64,000 nucleotides of DNA from sequence record NC_054910.1; one strand, 5' to 3'. Below, in pieces: positions 19,368-29,296 of the stretch. The notes under the pieces were generated by a model that had not been told where the DNA came from, searched no databases, and saw nothing but the letters and a program-made list of their open reading frames with translations. A program made the translations under genes and the position numbers. This DNA is from Escherichia phage EcNP1. How positions within the stretch are numbered: the stretch's first letter is position 1; every line of letters starts with the position of its first letter.

Positions 19368-21181
19368 TGGTGTTTAACCCTATGCATGATTTCTTTATTT
19401 TTGCCGAGATTAAATCCGCGTTCATTCGGATTTCCCAAATAACCACAAGTTCTTCTTATTGTGTTCATCTTTTTAGGATCAGTTTCTCCACAAATAGAAC
19501 AAACAAACCCGTTTTCAGTAGGAGTCATTTCATGGGTACTTCCACACGTAAAACATTTATCTACTGGCATGTTAACACCAAAATAATCTAAATGTTGTGC
19601 AGCATAATCCCATACAGCCTCAAGACCTTTTAGGTTATTTTTCATATCAGGAAGTTCAACATAAGAAATGTGACCACCTGTCGCAATGAAATGATATGGG
19701 GCTTCGCGAGAAATCTTTTCAAATGGAGTAATATTTTCTTCTACCGAAACGTGGAAACTGTTAGTGTACCAGCCTTTATCGGTAACATCTTTTACACTTC
19801 CATATTTTTCGGTATCAAGTTTACAGAAGCGATAGCACAGGTTTTCAGCAGGTGTAGAATACAAACTAAAAGCAAAACCGGTTCTTTCAGTCCACTGCTT
19901 AAGATGAGCATTCATTTTAGTTAAAATTTCTTGTCCAATATCACGACCGACAAGAATATTCAATTCGTGAATACCAATGTATCCTAAGGACACTGAACTT
20001 CTACCGTTTTTAAATAACTCAATTATATCGTCATCAGGTTTAAGACGAACCCCGAATGCACCTTCTTGGTAAAGAATAGGAGCAACAGTAGCTTTAACTC
20101 CTTTTAAGGAACTAATTCTACACATCAATGCTTCAAAACATAAATCCATTCGCTCATTGAACAATTCGGCAAATTTCTGTTCATTGAACTGTGTTCCAAT
20201 ATAAGAATCTAGCGCAATGCGAGGAAGATTCAGTGTTACAACACCAAGATTATTACGTCCATCAAGAATTTCATTACCAGTCGAATCTTTCCATACACTC
20301 AAGAAACTACGACAACCCATTGGAGAAACAGGAATAGATGAACCGGTGATAGCTTTATTGTTCTTAGCCGAAATGATGTCAGGATACATTCTTTTACTTG
20401 CACACTCTAGAGCAAGCTGCTTAATATCATAGTTCGGATCGTCTTTATAAAGATTAACACCTTCTTCAACGAACATAACAAGTTTAGGGAAAATAGGAGT
20501 TATCCCGTCACGACCAAGACCTTTAATACGATTTTTCAGAATTGCTTTCTGAATCATTCGTTCAGTCCAGTCAGTTCCCGTACCAAATGTAATTGTTACA
20601 AAAGGCGTTTGTCCGTTTGAACTAAAGAGAGTATTTACTTCATATTCATAAGCTTGGAATGCATCGTATACGTCTTTTTCTGTTTTAGATTGGGCATAAT
20701 TCAATGCATCAGCGATTTGCCATTTTTCTGCATCCTCAATGTGTTTTGCGTAGGTGCGTTTAACATAAGGAGAAAGGACTTTATCTACATTCGCAAAAGT
20801 CGTTCCGCCATATTGATGAGAAGCAACCTGTGCAGTAATTTGTGCCATAATTGCAGTAGCAACGCCGATTGATTTAGGAGTTTCAATCTGTGCATTACCG
20901 AGCTTAAATCCGTTCTCAAGCATTCCTTTTAAATCTACTAAACAACAATTAGTAAATGGAAGAGCAGGGGAATAATCAATATCGTGGAAATGGATAATTC
21001 CGCTTTCATGCGCTTTCATAATAAAAGACGGGACCATATTTTTGGCAATGTGTTTAGACACAATACCAGCCATAAGGTCCCGTTGAGTTGGAAAAACACG
21101 AGAATCTTTATTAGCATTCTCGTTTAAAAGGTCTTTATTAGTTTTATGAATCAATCCTTCAATTTCTTTTTCAATTGTCAT
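19364..21181 (-). CDS. nrdD: Anaerobic ribonucleoside-triphosphate reductase, uninterrupted
   Basis: Contiguous 605 aa ORF; C-terminal glycyl-radical and Zn-ribbon region (CGYLG, CxxC); no intron. Confidence 0.95.
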   Translation of the reverse strand: MTIEKEIEGLIHKTNKDLLNENANKDSRVFPTQRDLMAGIVSKHIAKNMVPSFIMKAHESGIIHFHDIDYSPALPFTNCCLVDLKGMLENGFKLGNAQIETPKSIGVATAIMAQITAQVASHQYGGTTFANVDKVLSPYVKRTYAKHIEDAEKWQIADALNYAQSKTEKDVYDAFQAYEYEVNTLFSSNGQTPFVTITFGTGTDWTERMIQKAILKNRIKGLGRDGITPIFPKLVMFVEEGVNLYKDDPNYDIKQLALECASKRMYPDIISAKNNKAITGSSIPVSPMGCRSFLSVWKDSTGNEILDGRNNLGVVTLNLPRIALDSYIGTQFNEQKFAELFNERMDLCFEALMCRISSLKGVKATVAPILYQEGAFGVRLKPDDDIIELFKNGRSSVSLGYIGIHELNILVGRDIGQEILTKMNAHLKQWTERTGFAFSLYSTPAENLCYRFCKLDTEKYGSVKDVTDKGWYTNSFHVSVEENITPFEKISREAPYHFIATGGHISYVELPDMKNNLKGLEAVWDYAAQHLDYFGVNMPVDKCFTCGSTHEMTPTENGFVCSICGETDPKKMNTIRRTCGYLGNPNERGFNLGKNKEIMHRVKHQ

Positions 21182-21651
21182 TTTAAACTCTTTCTAAGCT
21201 GCTTCTTAAATGAAGCTATTAATTGTGTTTTAGTGTCAGATTCATTATATTCAAATCCTCTTTGAAGCATCTCAGCCATCATTTCCTCTTTTCCTAAACG
21301 AGAAAATTCCTTTGATTTATCTCCAACAAAGTTAGGGTGAATATTATTTTGGGTGTAATCGGATTTTAAATAAGTAAGTAAATTTTCTAACCATTCAAGA
21401 TAATCAACACCTTGTCCCTTTAAACCAGAACGATTAAATTTATGTTTCATTTGACCTTCTGCAGCATTGCAGAGATTACAAAGCAATCCACGTACCTTTC
21501 CTGCTTTCGGTCCATTTAATTCATGATCATGGTCAAGGTGATTAGCTTGAACATCAGGATTTAATTCTCGTTGGCAAATTAAGCATTTACCGTTTTGTGC
21601 ATCATAAAATTTCTGTTTTTCTTCTTTATATAATTTGCCAGTCAATAACAT
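21178..21651 (-). CDS. 49: Endonuclease VII (Holliday junction resolvase)
   Basis: 157 aa, matches T4 endo VII as recalled; ATGA overlap with nrdD. Confidence 0.93.
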   Translation of the reverse strand: MLLTGKLYKEEKQKFYDAQNGKCLICQRELNPDVQANHLDHDHELNGPKAGKVRGLLCNLCNAAEGQMKHKFNRSGLKGQGVDYLEWLENLLTYLKSDYTQNNIHPNFVGDKSKEFSRLGKEEMMAEMLQRGFEYNESDTKTQLIASFKKQLRKSLK

Positions 21652-21692
21652 AATAAACCCTTACCTTAAATAGATAAGGGTATTTATTATTT

Positions 21693-21869
21693 TCAAGTAT
21701 TGTAAAACATTCGATGCAATCGCTTATATTGCCGAATCATCTTTTTAGTAGGACGAGAATAAGTTCCTACACAAGTGGTCATATTAGAGTCGGTAGGACT
21801 TCCTTTAATAAAAAGTTTCCAAACCTTACCACCATTTAACTTTTCAGTATAAACCAATTCAGTTTTCAT
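21693..21869 (-). CDS. Small hypothetical protein, 58 aa
   Basis: Manual translation MKTELVYTEKLNGG...; TAATG overlap with upstream stop; below ORF-track cutoff. Confidence 0.3.
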   Translation of the reverse strand: MKTELVYTEKLNGGKVWKLFIKGSPTDSNMTTCVGTYSRPTKKMIRQYKRLHRMFYNT

Positions 21870-22315
21870 TAAAATGCTCGGTCAGAAAAAGAAATTTGAG
21901 TTTCAAGCCATTCAATATATTCTGCCGCAGCTTGCATCAAATTTCCTTCATAGCCATCGTTGTTTTCTTGCGCAGCTAATTTAGCTAATGCATATGAAAT
22001 GCGTTCACCTTGAAAAGCGGCTTTAGGTTTATGAATAGCTTGATCAACTCGTTCTACAACTTCTTCAATCTCGCCATTTTCTACTGATTCAGTATTCCAC
22101 AAGCACCAATACGTAATTGGCTTATCATAGATGTTAATAATCTTTCCATCAGAAAGTTCAATTTCAATAATTCCAGTATCAGGTTCTATATCATCTTCGC
22201 ATTCTTTTGCGAGTTCACGAACTTTAAAGACAGTACCTGCACTAAGTTCTGGCCAATAATTACATAGCCCTTTATCAGCACGATTAATTCTAAACCACTT
22301 ATCTACTGTAATCAT
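21869..22315 (-). CDS. Hypothetical protein
   Basis: ORF track starts at TTG 22333; ATG at 22313-22315 with RBS GGAG preferred. Confidence 0.65.
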   Translation of the reverse strand: MITVDKWFRINRADKGLCNYWPELSAGTVFKVRELAKECEDDIEPDTGIIEIELSDGKIINIYDKPITYWCLWNTESVENGEIEEVVERVDQAIHKPKAAFQGERISYALAKLAAQENNDGYEGNLMQAAAEYIEWLETQISFSDRAF

Positions 22316-22349
22316 GTCCCATCTCCATATCAATTAAGTCATTTATCGT

Positions 22350-22387
22350 AGGTTCATTATATACTGTTTCTTCATCAGTGTAAACCG
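22350..22387 (-). promoter_or_regulatory. T4-type early promoter
   Basis: Plus gtgtaaac at 22378-22385 and cattatatact -10 block. Confidence 0.5.
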
Positions 22388-22438
22388 GTTCTTCCGGCTC
22401 TGGCTCTACTGTTTCCCATCTAGCCGCCCACCAAGGTT

Positions 22439-22759
22439 TTATAGCGTAATCCATTCTCGTATTGTCTGAGTTACTACACGTTCACGGGGCTCGACTAATT
22501 CAACAGTCGGAACTGCATAATACCAGTCAGAATGGTAAGAACCTGAACGGCATTCATTTACGGAAACATGTACATTATGTTTTGGGCTAAAATAAACACA
22601 CTGCCGATATTGACATTTGCCATCTTGTACCCAGTCTTCTATTTCGACAGGTTTAAGATAGTCTGAAAAATCAAAATCATAATTTTCTGAAAATGCATCA
22701 TGGTCTTCAATGATTTCACTCAGAACTGCATCAACATCTAATTTATTTTCAATAGTCAT
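22439..22759 (-). CDS. Hypothetical protein
   Basis: ORF track 106 aa. Confidence 0.6.
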   Translation of the reverse strand: MTIENKLDVDAVLSEIIEDHDAFSENYDFDFSDYLKPVEIEDWVQDGKCQYRQCVYFSPKHNVHVSVNECRSGSYHSDWYYAVPTVELVEPRERVVTQTIREWITL

Positions 22760-23064
22760 TTATCACACCACCAACTCGACACTTCAAAATCAGGTTCACC
22801 GTTTTCCCAATACCAAGGACCCACTGGATGCCAATCACCATGCTCATCTTCTTCAAATTCTTCAGATTCAAGCCCAACGTATTGCCATTGGACTTCATAA
22901 GCAGTACCACCGATTACAACCGTGTTCTCGCCATACGGGTTAGCCACAACAAAGTCTATACCTTCTGCTTTAGCTAACCAAACCATATATTCATATAGTT
23001 TATATTCCAGTTCGTCTTCTGTGCCATCGCCTAGAAAAATAGTCTGTTCATTTAATTCTATCAT
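22756..23064 (-). CDS. Hypothetical acidic protein
   Basis: ORF track 102 aa. Confidence 0.6.
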   Translation of the reverse strand: MIELNEQTIFLGDGTEDELEYKLYEYMVWLAKAEGIDFVVANPYGENTVVIGGTAYEVQWQYVGLESEEFEEDEHGDWHPVGPWYWENGEPDFEVSSWWCDK

Positions 23065-23324
23065 TTAAAGTATTCCCGCAATTGGTCAAATCCACCAATA
23101 TGACTTCCATCAGGAGCAAATACTTGTGGCATCGTCAATCCGATTTGAGTATCACGACTTAGTTTCGTCAGAAGCTCAGCAATTTTCTCGTCATCAAAAA
23201 CACCTTTTTCCGGCATAATGTTGATAAATTCAAACGGCTGTTTCTTCACAGTCAAAAGACGTTTTGCATTATCGCAATACACACATTTGTGGATGTTGCT
23301 ATCATAGCCATATACTTTAAACAT
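23061..23324 (-). CDS. nrdC: Glutaredoxin-like thioredoxin (CVYC)
   Basis: 87 aa, matches T4 NrdC as recalled. Confidence 0.9.
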   Translation of the reverse strand: MFKVYGYDSNIHKCVYCDNAKRLLTVKKQPFEFINIMPEKGVFDDEKIAELLTKLSRDTQIGLTMPQVFAPDGSHIGGFDQLREYFK

Positions 23325-23325
23325 A

Positions 23326-23568
23326 TTATTCCTTAATTCCTAGTACTTGTTTAAAAGTCTCGTCGTAATCAAGACTTTGACCTGTTTGTTCTTTATGTTT
23401 GTATATAATATCACTTACTTCTGATAGCATATTTTTATATGAACGAGTTAAAGCAGATTTAAGCACGCTGTATCTATCAGGAAATTTACCGTGTTCATTA
23501 TAATACGCTATTGCTAATTCACGGACTGCCTTTTCAGCAGTCTCCATATATTCTTTACGCTTTGTCAT
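23326..23568 (-). CDS. Hypothetical protein
   Basis: ORF track 80 aa. Confidence 0.6.
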
Positions 23569-23872
23569 TTTCTTCTCGGTTAAATCGGTGTTTGCAATGA
23601 CGGCATTTATAACGAAGATTACTAGTCTGCCAATGGACTAATTGAACCTGTTCAGTACCGCATTCAGGACAATTAGGAACGTTTTTAGAAGCCCTTTCGC
23701 GACGTTCAACCATAACCATAATGGCATCCCAAGCTGGAGGTTTAAAGTCTAGATCGTCACAACCATGAATCTTTCCACGCATTTCTAGATCGTCTTCTTC
23801 ACCAGCCATAATAATTTTAATTAGACTGGAATTACTTGAAGCTGCAATATCTTCTAATAAACGCTTTTTCAT
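23555..23872 (-). CDS. Zn-ribbon protein (CPECG...CRHCKH)
   Basis: ORF track 105 aa; two CxxC pairs. Confidence 0.6.
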
Positions 23873-24795
23873 TTCAGTACCTCAATAGCATCACGTAAAC
23901 CATTTGCTTTGGCGGTTAAAGCCTTAATAACTTTAGTATGCTCTTCAATCTGTTTTTCAACTTCAATCAAACGGGCACTGAGATATTCGCGTTCTTCTTT
24001 CATAGTATCATTCCCATGATTGGGCTTTGGTGTAGGTTTAAATTTACTAGGGTCCTTTAACTTAATAACAACTTTAGTTTCAAACAGTGAAAGACCATAA
24101 TTCGTATTATCATCAAAGGATTCAACTACGTCCATTTTAGACAATAACGTACGAAGATTATAAGTCAAAGAACGAATCGTTTTATTATGTTTATTAGCTT
24201 CACGCGGTTTCATATATGGAAGATTTTTATATATTTCATGCGGAGCACAAACAATAATTGACAATTCAAATGGTCCATTCTGTGATGATGGAATAAATTT
24301 AGCCGTAACCCAATCTTTTACATTTACATTAATAGTACGGTCATCGCCATGACAAAACAGTCTACGAGAATGCTTAAAAAGCATATTCACATTATTATTA
24401 AATTCATGTGAAAACTCACTAGCAAATTTTTCTTTACTATTTTTAGAAAACCATTCTTCTAAATAAGTTCTTTTCACGTCATTAATAATATTAAATGTAA
24501 CAACATTAGCATTTGATACATTAGTCTCAATGTAGCTTGGATACATAAATTTTTTAACATTATTAACAGCTATCACAGAAGATAGTAATCGGGAACGTTT
24601 GAACCACTCTAGCAAAGAACCAAGAGAATGTGAATACGCATTTTGTGTATCTTTACAAATATGGTTTTCCCATCCAATATAGTCTAAAAAATCACGAAGA
24701 ATATTATTGATTACTGCTCTATGTCCTATCTGATAATTACGATGTTTAGTAATAAGACTGTCAAAATAATCAATATAATGTTTACGAGTTTTCAT
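23869..24795 (-). CDS. Hypothetical protein with C-terminal coiled coil
   Basis: ORF track 308 aa. Confidence 0.75.
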   Translation of the reverse strand: MKTRKHYIDYFDSLITKHRNYQIGHRAVINNILRDFLDYIGWENHICKDTQNAYSHSLGSLLEWFKRSRLLSSVIAVNNVKKFMYPSYIETNVSNANVVTFNIINDVKRTYLEEWFSKNSKEKFASEFSHEFNNNVNMLFKHSRRLFCHGDDRTINVNVKDWVTAKFIPSSQNGPFELSIIVCAPHEIYKNLPYMKPREANKHNKTIRSLTYNLRTLLSKMDVVESFDDNTNYGLSLFETKVVIKLKDPSKFKPTPKPNHGNDTMKEEREYLSARLIEVEKQIEEHTKVIKALTAKANGLRDAIEVLK

Positions 24796-24847
24796 GTTCT
24801 TCTCACTTGGTTAATGATTTATACTCCGAGCCATCCTTGGCTTTAAA

Positions 24848-25849
24848 TTACTTAATTAACTGTAAAGCTTGTTCCAAACGATCAAGGCGATTAACAGATT
24901 CTTCCCAAATCCTTTTAGCCTTCTCATAATCTTTCTGCGCTTTATTAGAAATTTCTAGAACTTCTTTATAAGCTTTTTCTAGTGCAATAACTTCTGGACG
25001 AATTTCTATCGGTTCAGGCGAATCGTCAAGACATTCCATTAGTTCTTCAAGGGTAGTTTCTTCTTTAGGAGTATTCACAATTTCATCACATTTTTGTTGG
25101 TAAATTTCTTTATCAGTCGGTGAGTACGTACGTTTCACTTCACGGAGGCTAATTATAATTTTATATCCTTCCCAACCGCACATATTTTTAAAAGGATAAG
25201 TATGAATACTTTTTACGGTTTCCATACAGCCCAAAGCCGCCTCTAATTGATAAGTTATAGTGCTAGCAATTGAGAAAAATTTATTAATATTCTTTTGGTT
25301 AGCGTCTGGTGTAAAAAATCCATAATTCACAAAAATAGCTACTTTATTTTTATCAAGTTCATATTCTTTTACGATAATCATATCAGAAGCCAAAGGATGA
25401 ATTTGACGATAATCGCCATAACATAATTTAGAAGCTGATTTTAGAATTTGTCCTTTGAAAAGTCTGAAATTACTAATCCAACGACGAGTAAAAATATTCT
25501 CAGGGTCTTCTTTATTATTAAGATGATAAGAATTAACATCACCGAACCAATTATATCCTACTACATCTTTAGTTCGTTTAATTTCTTTCCCAAATTTACC
25601 AAGAATATCTCTGTTGACTAAGTATGAAAGAAGACGAGACCCTTTAAAGGTTTTCTTAATGTCATCTTTATCTGTACGACTAGAAATTTCACGAACTTCG
25701 TGAATAAATCTGCTGGAAGAAACAATGCTTACATCAATATTATTGAGCCATTGATTGATAATAGAAAGAACACTATTCTGACTAGACATAGGTTTAACTT
25801 TATCATCAATAACGCTATTGAATGATTTGATATATTCGTTACGAGTCAT
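24848..25849 (-). CDS. Hypothetical protein with C-terminal coiled coil
   Basis: Internal start MTRNEYIKS with RBS GAGGAGA; ORF-track start would overlap promoter. Confidence 0.72.
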   Translation of the reverse strand: MTRNEYIKSFNSVIDDKVKPMSSQNSVLSIINQWLNNIDVSIVSSSRFIHEVREISSRTDKDDIKKTFKGSRLLSYLVNRDILGKFGKEIKRTKDVVGYNWFGDVNSYHLNNKEDPENIFTRRWISNFRLFKGQILKSASKLCYGDYRQIHPLASDMIIVKEYELDKNKVAIFVNYGFFTPDANQKNINKFFSIASTITYQLEAALGCMETVKSIHTYPFKNMCGWEGYKIIISLREVKRTYSPTDKEIYQQKCDEIVNTPKEETTLEELMECLDDSPEPIEIRPEVIALEKAYKEVLEISNKAQKDYEKAKRIWEESVNRLDRLEQALQLIK

Positions 25850-25873
25850 ATTAATCTCCTCAGTAGAAAGTAA

Positions 25874-25909
25874 GAACATTATACCACATCCTTGTGGCAA
25901 AGTAAACTA
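25874..25909 (-). promoter_or_regulatory. T4-type early promoter
   Basis: Plus agtaaac at 25901-25907 and cattatacca -10 block. Confidence 0.55.
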
Positions 25910-26935
25910 GTTTAGTGCATTTAGTGCATTGTTCAGTTTAGAACGTTGCTTCGTAAGATTTTTGACTTTTTCTTGAGCTTTTTCTAGCATCTTTTCAGCT
26001 TCTAGCACTTCATTAGTTGCTTTAACGAGTTCATCATCTACTGCCTTGATAGACTTCTCAATCGCATCTGCATGCCATTTTTCAACAGGTTTAAGACTCG
26101 GATTTTCAACAGGAAGAAAATTCACTTTATTGAATTTCCATGCATCCTTATTACCTGAACTATACATCCAAAATTTAGGATCGTTTGATGAGTAATTAGA
26201 TAAATTTAAATTTAAGTTATCTTGCACTTCTTGCTTTTTCTCTTGCGTGACTTCGTCCTTTCTCAAAAAATCGTATTTAAATGAAACGATCATATCAAGT
26301 TCATACGTTGTTGTATGTTCCCAATTTCGCTCAAAATGAGGTAAAATCTTAGACTGAACAGCGGCAACAACATCCATATACTTAAATGCTTCTGTCAACT
26401 GCGATTTAAGGCATTCGCAAATTGAAAGAGAATTTTTTGTATTAGGTTTAAAGCTAATTCGTGCAGTTCTATTATTTTCTTTTAATGGTCTTACTTCCAT
26501 CTGAAGAGTATAACCATCAAATTTCAGGTTCTTTAAGTTAATATCAGAACCTTTTAATCGACTCGCAGTTGATAAAATTTGCTTTAATTGTCTACGGAAC
26601 AGAGCAATAAATCTCCATTCAATACGATAATGATTTGGATTGAAAAATCCAGATGATAAATCGACCTTACTTTGACCAACGCCTTGAACAAATAAAGGAT
26701 TTTTATAATCAATAGTTTTACAGAAATCGGTGAGTTGCTCACGAGCAGTCATTTGTGTAATATATCCCGCTTTACTAAAATTACGCACCCATTCACTGCT
26801 ATTCGTATACTTAAAGTGATGAATAACACGATTAACTTTATCAGGGTCTAAATTATTTTCACACAAAAATGTCATAACATCACGAGTATAACTGGCATTA
26901 CGAACCATATCTTCAATTTGAGAACGAGTTTTCAT
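25907..26935 (-). CDS. Hypothetical protein with C-terminal coiled coil
   Basis: ORF track 342 aa. Confidence 0.75.
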   Translation of the reverse strand: MKTRSQIEDMVRNASYTRDVMTFLCENNLDPDKVNRVIHHFKYTNSSEWVRNFSKAGYITQMTAREQLTDFCKTIDYKNPLFVQGVGQSKVDLSSGFFNPNHYRIEWRFIALFRRQLKQILSTASRLKGSDINLKNLKFDGYTLQMEVRPLKENNRTARISFKPNTKNSLSICECLKSQLTEAFKYMDVVAAVQSKILPHFERNWEHTTTYELDMIVSFKYDFLRKDEVTQEKKQEVQDNLNLNLSNYSSNDPKFWMYSSGNKDAWKFNKVNFLPVENPSLKPVEKWHADAIEKSIKAVDDELVKATNEVLEAEKMLEKAQEKVKNLTKQRSKLNNALNALN

Positions 26936-26943
26936 GGTGTTCC

Positions 26944-27834
26944 TTAAGATTTAAGTAAATCAACAATTTTAATTAACTTTTCACGCTCAGATTTAGCTTT
27001 ACTACTCAATCCAGATAGTCTGAAAATTTCATCATCATATTGTTGAATAGAAATATTCAGCTCTTCAATCTGCTTATTAAAATAATCAATTTGTTCAGAA
27101 TGTTTTTCGTTACTACGAACCGGTACAGGTTTTGTAGGCAATTTAGTTGAACTGGATTCATCCGGGCGATAAATTAAAATACAACTTGAACCAATAGGGC
27201 ATTTAGCACCAGACGTATATTCTAATGTTCCAGCTTCTTTTAAAACTTCAAAAGCTAAACAGAGATGATGCCCCATATTAGCATAATCTGTAGAGTGAGC
27301 TCTGATGTAATAATCATCTCCACGAATACTAAATTTAAAGCATTTAAGGTCTTCTGTATTATTGGTCTTAAAAATCATTTGTTTATCTAAACCTTTAGCT
27401 AATCGAGCGCCTAATGCTAATAATCGTCTTTGATTTTCCCACAAATCCGCTATCATTTGATCGAATGATAATTTTGGCATCAGTCGACCATAAAGGTCAT
27501 ATCCTTTATTATAATTACGAAGGATTTCACTCGCGTTAATACGAGACAATGCTCCAATTTTATTAAGGGCTTTCATAATGCGATTAGATAAACTCATTCC
27601 AGATCCGCTTGTTCGCTGCAAATGTTTTTCTAATCCAAATCCAATATCAACTTTAAACTTATCTAAAATTTCGGCATGAACATCTTTATCAATAACATTC
27701 AAATCCAAAGTTGGGTTAAATCTATGAAAAAATTTATCTGGCTCTCCACGACGAAGTACAGTCCATTCATTCATCATTTTTTTATTAACTAATGATTTAA
27801 TTACTGCATTGACATTATTAATTACTACTGACAT
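26944..27834 (-). CDS. Hypothetical protein with C-terminal coiled coil
   Basis: Internal start MSVVINN with RBS GAGGAAAAT, removing overlap. Confidence 0.72.
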   Translation of the reverse strand: MSVVINNVNAVIKSLVNKKMMNEWTVLRRGEPDKFFHRFNPTLDLNVIDKDVHAEILDKFKVDIGFGLEKHLQRTSGSGMSLSNRIMKALNKIGALSRINASEILRNYNKGYDLYGRLMPKLSFDQMIADLWENQRRLLALGARLAKGLDKQMIFKTNNTEDLKCFKFSIRGDDYYIRAHSTDYANMGHHLCLAFEVLKEAGTLEYTSGAKCPIGSSCILIYRPDESSSTKLPTKPVPVRSNEKHSEQIDYFNKQIEELNISIQQYDDEIFRLSGLSSKAKSEREKLIKIVDLLKS

Positions 27835-27841
27835 ATTTTCC

Positions 27842-28249
27842 TCACTCAATTTCAATTTTACTAAATACACAGAATATGATTGAACAGACTACATAAGCAC
27901 CGCACACAGATTGAACTAATACCATCCCAAAGAACCAAACAATATTATCAAACAATGTCTGTTTTACGTCGAAAGGACGTAAACTTACAGTAATATTATC
28001 ACCTTTTTCTATTGAAGAATACATCTCTGGGGAAATATATTCACTAAATCTATAACCGTCTTTGAGTTCATATACGGCAATAAACGATAAACTAGACCCT
28101 TTTCCTTGTGTTCCTGTAATGGTATTAACTACAGTAACATCATAATCTTTATAATGCATATAATCATTAATTGCGTAATAACCGTATGCAACTACTACAC
28201 ATAAACAACATATCAATAAATTCAATCTTTTAATTATCAACTGTTTCAT
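27842..28249 (-). CDS. Membrane protein
   Basis: ORF track 135 aa, N- and C-terminal hydrophobic segments. Confidence 0.65.
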   Translation of the reverse strand: MKQLIIKRLNLLICCLCVVVAYGYYAINDYMHYKDYDVTVVNTITGTQGKGSSLSFIAVYELKDGYRFSEYISPEMYSSIEKGDNITVSLRPFDVKQTLFDNIVWFFGMVLVQSVCGAYVVCSIIFCVFSKIEIE

Positions 28250-28304
28250 AATAATCTCAATTAAAAGGGCTTAGAACCATTATACCATCCTTGGTATAAA
28301 GCGG

Positions 28305-28832
28305 TTATGCGAGTACCGTCTTTAACCGTTCTTCAAACTTCCGAAGAGTATTTTGGCGTTCAGCTCTTTGCTTTTTGTAAGTTTCAATACGCTCTGAAAT
28401 GAGAGTGTATCGTTCATTTACTGATTCTTTCATAAAATCAGGAATTTCACGAGAAGCTTTAATCTCATCAAATTTATCAATAACAGCTTGCTCTTCAGCA
28501 ATTAAGTTATCATACATTAAAATATCTTTCTTGATGAACTCAATATCTTCTTGAGTTACACGAGATAATTTAGATGCTTTATCCTTTTTGTACTGTTCGT
28601 TAGTATCACGAGACCAATGTAATGTACGATTTTTATTCGTATTCTTGTAAATTTCTACAATACCAATCTCATCGATAATAACGATCCAATTCCAACGGGA
28701 TTTATAAATTTGTCCTCCATCAACTGTGATTTCACCTCCGATTGAGATGTCATTAAAGAACTTGCTTTGTGCTTCAGATTTAAATTTACCATCGTTGTAA
28801 TTTACCAAGTTGAAAATATCTTTAGCATTCAT
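28305..28832 (-). CDS. Hypothetical protein
   Basis: ORF track 175 aa; early promoter upstream. Confidence 0.7.
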   Translation of the reverse strand: MNAKDIFNLVNYNDGKFKSEAQSKFFNDISIGGEITVDGGQIYKSRWNWIVIIDEIGIVEIYKNTNKNRTLHWSRDTNEQYKKDKASKLSRVTQEDIEFIKKDILMYDNLIAEEQAVIDKFDEIKASREIPDFMKESVNERYTLISERIETYKKQRAERQNTLRKFEERLKTVLA

Positions 28833-28854
28833 TTTGTGTTCCTCCGTAGTTGAT

Positions 28855-28892
28855 AGTTGTATAGTACCACAGAGGAACAGTCTTGTAAACCA
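28855..28892 (-). promoter_or_regulatory. T4-type early promoter
   Basis: Plus gttgatagttgtatagtaccac...tgtaaac (28884-28890). Confidence 0.7.
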
Positions 28893-29207
28893 CTAAAAGA
28901 AACTTCTTTCACAATTTTTTCCACTGAACCATGCGCTTACCGCTTTCTTAGTCTCAGGAGCAGTGTTATCCATAAACCATTCAAAGGCAGCCTTTTTATG
29001 ATTCTGGAGGGCTTCTCGGGCTTTAATCTGCTCACGGTCTATTAACACTAACATATGAGCCTTTCTTGTCACCATGGGCTTCTTATGATTTTTTGAATAC
29101 TCCCAGTCATTTGTCCATCGCATTGTCGTTGCGAATTGAAATACCGCTTCTTTAATCTTAGTTTCGTAAATTTCACGAGCCTTTGAATATAACATCACTA
29201 CCTCCAT
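28893..29207 (-). CDS. Hypothetical protein
   Basis: ORF track 104 aa. Confidence 0.6.
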   Translation of the reverse strand: MEVVMLYSKAREIYETKIKEAVFQFATTMRWTNDWEYSKNHKKPMVTRKAHMLVLIDREQIKAREALQNHKKAAFEWFMDNTAPETKKAVSAWFSGKNCERSFF

Positions 29208-29296
29208 TCACCAGTTTAATTCTAGTCATCTTTTTGATGGCAGTCCATATAATCTATTTCTGAACTGCCTTTTTGTCATAGAAGTCCTCTTATGAA

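Noticed and set aside
19364-21181. Group I intron with homing endonuclease inside nrdD
   Set aside because: The ORF is contiguous and full-length (605 aa); no intron-sized interruption.
29225-29265. Plus-strand hairpin with U-run (ggcagtcc...actgcc ttttt) as a terminator
   Set aside because: It is on the strand antisense to the early genes with no plus-strand gene upstream; probably incidental.
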